NCBI GenBank assembly: GCA_965649825.1
Contig: OZ287702.1
Location: 434,001 to 498,000, forward strand
From: Penicillus capitatus
Lineage: Eukaryota > Plantae > Chlorophyta
Direction: 5' to 3'
Length of the DNA stretch: 64,000 nt
Shown: in pieces, positions 49,100 through 58,348 of the stretch
How the letters are laid out: each line of letters begins with the position of its first letter
Position numbering within the stretch: the first letter of the stretch is position 1
Made by a program: the position numbers and the translations under genes
Notes under the pieces: generated by a model
Database searches by the model: none
What the model saw: only the letters and a program-made list of their open reading frames with translations
Told to the model about the DNA's origin: nothing

Positions 49100-51560
49100 A
49101 ATTCAAAAAGACTGTAGATACTATTGTTCGGAAGAGTTGTTGAATTTGACAACAGATTCTGTCAACTTCCAGCGGATTACTTCCGTCACTCCAGGCACAT
49201 CTCTAAACGCAAGTCAAACATCAGACGGTGATCAACCAGGACAGATAGACAGAAAAAGGCTAACCTGGTGATGTCTCTAGTTTTCCAGCTTCTCTCCCCA
49301 TCTCTCTTCCTTTAACAACGTCTCTTGATCTCTTCAAGATCCGGCTTGGCACAATTTGTCTTGAGATCATTGAAGATTTTACATGTCGCCTGTGGAGATG
49401 ACGAACAGATCAACCTGTAGAACACAAAAAACACCGTTAGTCTATAGAACAAGCATCATTATCCCTAAGTACCCGATAGTTTGCAAATCGTGCAGCAATA
49501 AGGAGAGACGAGAAACGATATCCTTAGATGTGATCGGTAAAGAGAGATCATCATCTGGTAGGTGAATCTGCCTCTCGTCCACTTCGATTAGCAACATCGG
49601 GGTACGAAAAATCTCCTTCATCGCTGTCAACTGATTGAAGATTCTTTTCGAGATGAAAGAGGAATGAAAATCTAACACCATCTTTCCCTCGATGACGATG
49701 TTCGGCGACAAAATATAGTCCCCCACCCGCCATACGATCAATCTGAGTGGCTGTGTGTTAATTGCTTATTGTCTTGCCTTTAGTGCTGTTGGACGCATTT
49801 GAAAGTCTACATAATCGAGTGCGGCTGGGAGTGTGGACATGAATTCCCGTACATCTATCAAGATCTCATCCGCCTTCCTTCGTCCTATGACGGCAAAATC
49901 TCCTTTCGAGAACCCGTTTTGATAATTACTTGTTGTTTTACCTTGTGCAAATTGAATCTTCTTCCGATGTTGAAGGGCATGGAGATGCATACCCTCTTGT
50001 CATCCAGCTTGCTGAACACCTTTGCCTCCCGTCGAACGGCATCCTTCAAGAACTCCCTTTCCATAGGGGTGTCATGGAAGATGAAAAAACATGTCAAGCT
50101 GTTTCCCCGATTTTTTGTCTACAACCCAGCTAGATACATCATTAAGCCGAAAGGGTCATGACACGTAGAAAGTTTCGAGTTGTCGGAGAAGTGCAATGTC
50201 AAAATGCAACATAATCACAAAATCTGGGCGAATCTCGAAAAGAATCGAATTATCCACTCCTTTCAATGGATGGACATGCACGTTTATACCTGACTCGGAG
50301 TGATAATTCTCTTCTTTTGCATGATCTGTTGTAAACTTGGTTTGTTTTTTTAGGTTGTATCGATTGTAGTGTCTCTATTGCCCGGGTCTCGTTACAAACA
50401 AACAACACAGATTTCTCCAGTTCACTTTTCTGGCCTTCGTCTATGATTTTGCAAAGGAGACTGTCCAATGCTTCCCACTTGGAAAGCAAATGACCCTGTT
50501 CGTCTAGAAGCCACGTGGTAGAATCATGCATTGAGAAATGTAATAAGCTACTCATAGGGAAAGAATAGTTTCTGCGTTTTCTGTCATTCTCTTGATGGGC
50601 ATCATCCTCAAGATCATCATTGCCCGAGACCAAGAAACGTTCCTGTGCCTTTCTAGGAGCTCTGGAAAGATCGAGCTTGACTGTGTACTTCTTATGGGAA
50701 TCATTTCCACGATGCTGAGAAAATCGACGGCGTCCAGCGTGACGAGCCCCCATAGTACTTTGTTTAATCCTTTGAGATCTTGAATAACTCTCCTTGTACT
50801 TAATTGGCGACTCGTCCAATCACAACTCAGCCTTCTGTGGATCATCCATCAAAGACTTTAAGGAAACAGTTCTCTGCCAATATGCCATCATTCTTCACAC
50901 ATTCTCACACTTGTTCACAAAAATGTCATCGCTACACATACTAGTCAGTTGACTGTCTTCGTTTCCTTAAGCTCGTCCACCAGTCTGACGGGGATACGCC
51001 AAACACTGGCGCGTCGCGTGCGCGCGAACGCGTATGTGAAGGCGGAGGAACTGTAAGGAGCCAAAGCTAAGACTGCTTACACTGTGCGCCCAGTCCGTTA
51101 AATACCCTCGGCGCCGCGGACCGCTGTCATATCAGGAAGCGAACAGCCTGTCCGGTCCGCGGGGCCGCGACCGTTGTCGACCTCCCGTCAGGACGTTGCA
51201 TTGTCAAGCGTTAAGTGTACATTCAACCAACTCAATCGACGCCTTGAACCGGACTGTTCTGTTGTATGTATTTCATAGTTAATCGGTACTATTTCCACCC
51301 AGTTCTCTGTGTGAATCATATCCGACGAGGGCCGACCTCCGGGCCAGTATTCATAGTGACCTACCTTCTCAGGCGATCTAGCTGAAATAGAATGGGACCG
51401 TTAGAAAAGTCACCCTGTGTGCGATGTACCTTTCCTTCTGAAAACATGGACCACATTCGATGAGCAATCTTGTTGATTGACTGAGCATTAGATGGATCTG
51501 CGAAAAAGTGCGAGCTTGATGTTATCAAAGATCGATGAGTTAACTGTCTTTTGACGATCG
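49100..51560 (-). pseudogene. ERCC4: XPF/Rad1/UVH1 structure-specific endonuclease pseudogene with introns
   Basis: Collinear blocks ENCFLKVFD/MIHRRL..VIQDLKGL, KWEALDSLL, AVRREAKVF, IDVREFMSTLP, VGDYILSP, SSPQATCKIF..PD, DVPGV. Lesions: frameshift 50846-50847, acceptor AG reading GG at 49727-49728, TAA 49312-49314, TAG 49277-49279. Confidence 0.75.
50985..51191. mobile_element. 207-bp GC-rich hairpin-rich insert bounded by 8-bp inverted repeats (MITE-like or structured RNA)
   Basis: Ends ctgacggg (50985) and cccgtcag (51191); internal perfect stem ccgcggaccg 51114-51123 / cggtccgcgg 51153-51162; no clear TSD. Confidence 0.4.
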
Positions 51561-51966
51561 CTCGTCTCCGTGGCTGACGTGGCACTTGACACGAGAGTGT
51601 GAGACATTACTGCGTGTGATCGAATATCGAAGGCATAGCCTGTTTCGAAAAGCCCTTCCCTGAGTAGAGGTCAAAGAAAGGTGGCCGACCAATCATCAAG
51701 AAAAAGAAGATGTTACGGATCCTTCCCTTGACTAACGAGGGGACTTCCTGACGCTGTCATTCTTTTCGGTCGTTGACGTATGACGCAGAACAAAGAACAA
51801 ATCCACAATCAAGGTATTGTCCATCGAGTAAGAATGTGTCATCAATCAACAATAGTCTTCTCATCACCCATGACATTCCCGCACACAATCTTTGCAGTAG
51901 ACGAGGCACGTGGTTCATTTCTTGTCCCTCCAGAATGCAGCATGCGTCTCATTGTGATGTGTGATT

Positions 51967-53681
51967 TCACTGACGGTCCTCCAAAGCAAAGATCTCTGCT
52001 GCACTCATTGTTGTCAGCTGTGAGGCCACTTCATCGCGCTCCTCTCTGCTTGTGGCATTTCGCCATCTTCGGTAGCGGATACCAAGCTTATCATACGTCA
52101 CCGGATTTCTCCACACACTAGCTCCTTTTAACATTCGATCTTGTTGCCCCTCCACCAAAATCAGATCTTCTCCTAACACTTGTTTTGCCACGTTGGACCA
52201 GAAATTCTGGATTCCAGGAATGTGCCGTGTCCAATGCAGAAAATCCAGCGACATACGATAGAGCAATCGTGTCGACCGGTTGTTTGTCGGCAGACAAACA
52301 TGCAACTGATGCAGATGATGCGTACAAGAAGACGCCCTGGACCCTCGTTCAATCTTCCCTGGCTGTTGGAGTCCAATAAGGGAGACCACCATACACGGCG
52401 TCTCGAACGACATATCAATAGGATACGGATCCCAGTTTCCGCCCAAAAGTTTGTTCGTGTGAAACTTGACAGCGTCGGGTATTGGCCATCCCTTTGCAAA
52501 AGTGGAGGTGTGCGTAAAGGGTGCATGGGCCAAGTCTAGAAGATTTTCCAAGAAGAGGCCATGCTCGACAGGCACTTGAAGCATCAATTCTGAGTGAATC
52601 TCAAAACCCTGAGGCGGATTGACACATTGTGGTATCTCGGCCGGCTGCGTGTCTCCCGGCCAAATCCAAACAAAACCGTCAGCTTCGGCTACAGGCAACA
52701 CCTTGACCTCCATTCCTTTACAAAACTCCGTCGATGGCATCTTCGCATAGTCTCCATCGTTGCTGAATTCCCATCCATGGTAGGGACACTGAACATGGCC
52801 ATCGCACGTCTGACCAATAGCCAGAGGACAGGAGCGATGTGCACATGCATCTTCCAAACATGTAACAGCTCCTTTGTTGTCCCTGAGATCCACCACGTCA
52901 CAGACATCATACCAGAGATAGAGACTCGCCTGAAAAGCACCCACTTCTCTCCAAAAAGCTCCACTGGTAACAGAAGATTTGGTTTGAGTTTGCTAGAAAA
53001 CTCCACTGGATACCAATGCTCTTTCAGTCCATTGCACAGCTCTAGATTGTTCTCGATGCCGCCTCTTTGATTTCTGGACCCATCTGACCGCTGCTGCGTC
53101 ACGTTAGACACCTGGGGGGCAGTTCGGGTATTGTTTGACAGCTCAGGATTGGCAGATGAGAGCTGAGACATCTGTTTCTCCATTTCTGTCACATATTTGA
53201 GACTCTCCTGCATTTTAGTCTCTGTCTTATGAATCTGTAAAAGACACAATCAGGAACTTCGTCGTTAAAAGAACCAGAAAGAGAATAGTTACTGCGTCAT
53301 GCGCTTTAGAGAGCTCTTCATGGAGGTCCTGCAGTTTCTCATCCAGTTCCTTTGCGCGCTGTTCAGCGACCTGTGGATTTAATGTGCATACCACCTGAAA
53401 GGACAGCAGCATGTGCAGTCTGTATGGATGCGAGACCGTCCGACCTGGTCATGCGCTTCGACGACCGTTTCCAGCGGTGCGTGCAAATCAATACCGAGAG
53501 CATTTTCCAGATAGTCCAAATCTTGAGTGATAACGCCGAGTGGTGAATCTGGGACAAATCCGTCGTTTGTCGGTTGTTTCGCGTGGCCCCGCGTGACCAC
53601 GCTCCTCGAAGAGATGTCCTTCTGAGAGAAATGTGAAACGGCAGAAATAAAGCACGGCGATGGACGACAGAAAGACTTCAT
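51967..53681 (-). CDS. CAO: Chlorophyllide a oxygenase
   Basis: HWYPVEFSSKL, Rieske CAHRSCPL...CPYHGW, ENLLDLAHAPFTH, WDPYPIDMSF, WRNPVTYDKLGIRYRRWR; includes GC-AG intron 52883-52929. Confidence 0.93.
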
Positions 53682-53834
53682 TGCATTCGATGGGAGACGG
53701 AGCGAGAGGTTGCGATGGAAAAACAGAACGGAAAACTGGAAACTCAAAGCGACAGGCTGACACTAGCAGCACTTTTTCTCGATCTGATCTCCACGTGGTT
53801 AACACGCATGCGAATGATGAAAAGAATGATAGAA

Positions 53835-55532
53835 TTACGAGCCGAAACCGATGATGGATGTCCCATCTCCTTTCATAAACCGAAGGTATTCTTGGGAGAG
53901 TTTGGAATCGTTGATGCGTTGTTGTTCTGTGGCTAACCGTTGGCCTTCGCGAAGAAGATCTGTCACCGTGAGCTGCACTGGCTCGAGATCTGGCAAATTG
54001 TTTTTGTCGATCAGATATTTGCCCAAAGGAGACAGATCCACAGATTCCTCCGTAAAATCAACCGTCCCTGCACAAACAGAGAGAAATGCGAATAAGAAAC
54101 CATTTGATTGTTTATTGAGGCAAATAAGCTTACCGAGTGTTTCTGAGATCCAGTCTCGAATCTGATGGTCGTACGTTGCTGCTCTCATGGCCCCGAAGAA
54201 ATCCAAAGCTACAAGGTGGTGTCGAAGAACAGAGAGGTGGAAATGACAAGGTACGTTGTTTGGGAAAGGCATCCTTCAGAGTAACGATATCTTCCTTAGT
54301 CAGATGATCGTCTTTGTACATCTGATAGATCGTTTCGACGAGCTCCTGATCTATCGGATCCCAATAGAACTTCTCCATGCGTCCGTCTCGAATCAACGGC
54401 GCAAACAGCTTCGAAAAATCATTTCCTGAACACCTACCTCTGTTACTCCCATACTCTTTGTCGATTGGATATACCTGTGACAATAATGGGCACTCTTTTG
54501 AGCGTTCGGTCTGTTCTCCATTCCTCTCCCACACTGACACGGGTGGGATCGTCGCAAAGATTCATCAGTGTTCCAACCACGATCTGGTTGTTGACTGTCA
54601 CCTGCACAGCGCATCGTATACGAACGACGTGGTGTTGTGTGAAGGACCTGTGTGTTGGAGAAGCGACCGATACCGGCATCGATGTCGTTGATCAGTAAAC
54701 AGCTCAGTTTTCCACGCACCCTCGATACCTCGGCTGCTTTGCGGTAGCGTTCGCGGATCAACCTCCCTGGCGTTCCTGCCCACTCATGCTCCAATTCACC
54801 AGCACTCATGATAATAGGCTCCACCCTACGTACCCAGTTCACCGAGCTCTTATATCCAATCACCAAATAGATGGTACAAACCCCATCTTTTTGAATGTCA
54901 GCTCTGTCTGAAAGGACTTGCCAGTACCTACACTCGACTCTTGCAGCTCGTGTTCTCTCTGGATTGAAGGCGATGTACCTTTGGGTCCCCAGATACCCAG
55001 AATTAACGGAATCCGCATTTTGGTTTGAAAGCTTTCGACGAGGTAATTCTTCGCGATGTGCAACTATAAGAATAATCTCTGTCAGGAACCATGAGTCGTG
55101 CGCTTCATCTCATACGGCCACGCGTTCCATGAATCGGGGGGCCACGTAATAGTCACCAACAATGTTACCAAAAGAGCGAAACTCGTAATTCCGCAATGTC
55201 CCATCCGCGATGTCACTCTTGTGACCCAGAAAGTTTCCAGTAAACAAACTGTCCAAATGCTCCATATTCTGCCCTGGGGTCCATCCACTCCACTTCTAAC
55301 TCTCATGCCTCATGTCATTGTGATGTGACGGACCTGTATCGATGTTGAGATTCAGGTCACTCTGCCCCAATTGGTAGAGATAATCATTCTCTTTGTCAGA
55401 AGAGGACTCAGAGAGGTGACCATCTGGTTTTTCTGACGTTCGCAGACGTGTGCCATGTTTCGTGATGCGCCAAGAGGAGGTCGGCTGTACAAGACGACCG
55501 CTCCATCCCGGACAGATCCGTGCTCCGAGCAT
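53835..55532 (-). CDS. Rubisco-activase-like AAA+ ATPase (RCA-like paralog clade)
   Basis: PLILGIWGPKG|TGKSFQ, MSAGELEHEWAGTPGRLIRERY, INDIDAG, VNNQIVVGTLMNL, RVPIIVTG|NDFS..FAPLIRDGRMEKFYW; ~8 GT-AG introns; transit-like start MLGARICPG. Confidence 0.9.
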
Positions 55533-55634
55533 CGACCCGTCCGTCCAGCACCGTGGCTGAGCAGTCAATGATGTGACAATTACGCAGCCACCTTATTCGA
55601 TTCGGTTAACTCTCTCAGAACCACAAACGCGAGC

Positions 55635-56262
55635 ATGGACGAAGAAGCATCGCGCACGACCTCTCAGAAGACAACGCGCAAGCGCATTCGACCGATACGC
55701 ATTTCCCCCATTCCCTCTTCTGACGACCATCGAAGCAACCACCCCTCCACGCAAAGTACGACTCCGCGCCAACGGAAATAGACGACAATATGAGGGTACA
55801 GTAGGAAACGACGGCGATTGGTCGAGAGATATGCGATGCCTGTATGATCCGACGCCATCCGACAGAGATTTCGGTTCCGAGTATGCATCTGAGACCGGAC
55901 CGTTGTCGGATGGAGCTATCGTGGAGACATTGCAGTCCTTTGTTTCCGCAGCGCGAAACCTCGCCTGGTCGCATCGATCGCTGCGCCAGGCGCTGCAAGA
56001 AGAGATCGAAGCGATGAATCGTGCACAGAAGAAGGCACGGATCCTCGTTAAGAAAGAACCGATGACGACTGTTCCTTTGCCGACGACGGACGGCGAGGCC
56101 TTCACTCCTGCCCAGCTGAGAGGCGTCATGTCGACGTGGAGTGACGATATGCGTTATGTGTACTACGCTGTTCAGCCTCGTCACCGCGATCCCATTCTGC
56201 GTTGCAGCCCTGCTGCGCGTCATTTCGTTCGCAAGATCCGTCGTGTGCATCCTCCTCCATGA
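55635..56262 (+). CDS. Hypothetical protein, two exons
   Basis: ATG 55635; a 46-nt GT-AG intron (~55756-55801) joins to the 55573 ORF frame, which contains a short coiled-coil segment (SLRQALQEEIEAMNRAQKK). Confidence 0.5.
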
Positions 56263-56340
56263 TGTGACGTCGTTTGTCCCTGGGCTGACGTCAGGCCTTT
56301 TAAGCAACGCTAACGATGAGTAGCGCCTTTGTTTTGCATT

Positions 56341-58293
56341 ATGCGACGCTTAGACACGATTCAGAACCATCTCGTCGCGACACCGTTGCGGGAAAGCGCA
56401 GTTCTCGAGGCCTCGGAGCTTCAGCGCCTTCTCGACCACGATAACTTAGACACGCGACGCAAACTCTATGCCTTTACCAAAGCGCCGCTCTTCGTTCCGC
56501 GTTTCAATGTCTCTCTTCCAGAACAGCGGGATCTCGCTTTGGCCCGATTGCAGGCGATCTGCGACGGCGGGTTCATCTCTGTTCTCGATTTTCGCAGCAA
56601 TCCAGGACGCATCTTTGCTCTGCACGAAATTGCCAATTGGTTTGATGCGGCAACAGCGACAAAGCTCACTGTGCAGTTCAATCTGTTCGGGGGCACCGTT
56701 TTGCGTTTCGGCCAGCCTCATCATCACGAGGAGCTGCTGACAGCCATCGACTCTTTAGATGCGATGGGATGCTTTGCCCTGACGGAGCTGGGATTCGGCA
56801 ACAACGCTGTCGAAATGCAGACGACTGTGACATTCGACAAGCAACGTGATGAATTCATCGTCCATACGCCCACCACACTGGGACAGAAGTACTGGATCAC
56901 AAACGGAGCTCTTCATGCCAAATGGGCTGTCGTCTTCGGCCAGCTCATTATTGATGATGTGACACATGGAGTGCACGGTTTCTTGGTCCGCACGCGTCGA
57001 GACGATCTCTCTGTCTGTCCCGGTGTCCGAATCGAAGACATGGGACACAAGATCGCATCCAATGGAGTGGACAATGCTAAGCTATGGTTTGATCATGTAC
57101 GCATTCCACGTTCGGCCATGCTGGGTGGAATCAGCTCTGTGGAAAGAGATGGGACATTTCGCAGCATACTCACGCGCCCCAGAGATCGTTTTCTGCGAGT
57201 TGCCGATCAGCTTTTGTCCGGAAGGCTGTGCATTGCTTGCATGATGCAAGGAAATGCAAAACTGGCACTGACCATTGCCCTGCGCTATGCATCTACGCGT
57301 CTTTGTGTGGGTCAGACTGGAAAGAGCGATACGCCTATTCTGGAGTATCAACTTCAACACCATGCACTGTTTCCGTTGCTGGCACGAACGATCTGTCTCA
57401 ATCTGGGACTCAATTCCGTAAAGGATCGATGGTTTGCCACATCTGGATTTCGTCCAGATCAAAAGAGCGATCCTCTCAAGCAGCAAGAAACCTTGGTCCT
57501 CTGTTGTGCTATCAAACCTGTCATGGCCTGGAATGCTGCCAGAACGGCATCTGTGTGTCGTGAACGTTGTGGCGGCCAAGGCATGTTGAGCTGCAATCGA
57601 CTCGGCGAGCTGATCTTGGGATCGCATGCAGGAATGACGGCAGAGGGAGATAACAGAGTCCTCATGCAGAAGGTCGCCAAGGAATTGATAGAGATGGCAC
57701 AGTCGTCTGAGGGACTTCGTCAGAGAATCGCTTTGGCCAAGAACGAAGCCCTCATTCGTTCCAAAACGAATTCTATCCACACGCTTGATGATTTGACATC
57801 CAAAGGGACATTGCACTATCTGTTGGCAATCCGGGAAGGAAAGCTGCTGTCACAGCTGATTCAGAAAATGAAGGGCATTCCATCGAGTTCTGTTTTTGAT
57901 GTTTGGATGCGACGGGAATCGGATTTGGTCCAGGCAACAGCACTGGCGTATATTGAACGGGAGGTTTTGGAGGTCAGCTATGCGGCGGTGGATTCCTGTT
58001 CGCGTTCGTTGGGTCAAGTCATGAAGTCGGTGGTCGAGTTGTTTGCCGTTAAGGCAATCGAAGAGGATTTGGGATGGTACCTCTCTGAAGAAATCTGTTC
58101 TCCGTTTGTCGGAAAGATGATTCGGGAAGCTGTCAGGAAACTGTGCCAATCTATGACACCCCATGTCCACACACTGGTGGATGGATTTGGAATTCCAGAT
58201 CATTTGATTGCCGCTCCAATTCACAAAGATTGGCAGCGTTTCAACGAAATCGATAACAGAGGTGAAGTTTTGCCCGAGATTCGCCAACGCTGA
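56341..58293 (+). CDS. ACX: Peroxisomal acyl-CoA oxidase, intronless, with PTS2
   Basis: [11 protein letters not shown] (RLx5HL PTS2); [28 protein letters not shown]-like [38 protein letters not shown]. Confidence 0.95.
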   Translation: MRRLDTIQNHLVATPLRESAVLEASELQRLLDHDNLDTRRKLYAFTKAPLFVPRFNVSLPEQRDLALARLQAICDGGFISVLDFRSNPGRIFALHEIANWFDAATATKLTVQFNLFGGTVLRFGQPHHHEELLTAIDSLDAMGCFALTELGFGNNAVEMQTTVTFDKQRDEFIVHTPTTLGQKYWITNGALHAKWAVVFGQLIIDDVTHGVHGFLVRTRRDDLSVCPGVRIEDMGHKIASNGVDNAKLWFDHVRIPRSAMLGGISSVERDGTFRSILTRPRDRFLRVADQLLSGRLCIACMMQGNAKLALTIALRYASTRLCVGQTGKSDTPILEYQLQHHALFPLLARTICLNLGLNSVKDRWFATSGFRPDQKSDPLKQQETLVLCCAIKPVMAWNAARTASVCRERCGGQGMLSCNRLGELILGSHAGMTAEGDNRVLMQKVAKELIEMAQSSEGLRQRIALAKNEALIRSKTNSIHTLDDLTSKGTLHYLLAIREGKLLSQLIQKMKGIPSSSVFDVWMRRESDLVQATALAYIEREVLEVSYAAVDSCSRSLGQVMKSVVELFAVKAIEEDLGWYLSEEICSPFVGKMIREAVRKLCQSMTPHVHTLVDGFGIPDHLIAAPIHKDWQRFNEIDNRGEVLPEIRQR

Positions 58294-58348
58294 ATCAGAC
58301 CTTTTCACATCGACGGACCCCTACCATGTAACGCAAAGATTTCCTGCC

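Noticed and set aside
27371-49314. TAA/TAG-as-Gln genetic code (known in some ulvophytes) to explain in-frame stops in sulfotransferase C and XPF
   Set aside because: ELF1, GLYK, the pseudokinase, ClpP and MSL end on TAA or TAG at homologous C-termini. Long ORFs such as ACX contain no in-frame TAA/TAG, and the stop-bearing genes also carry frameshifts.
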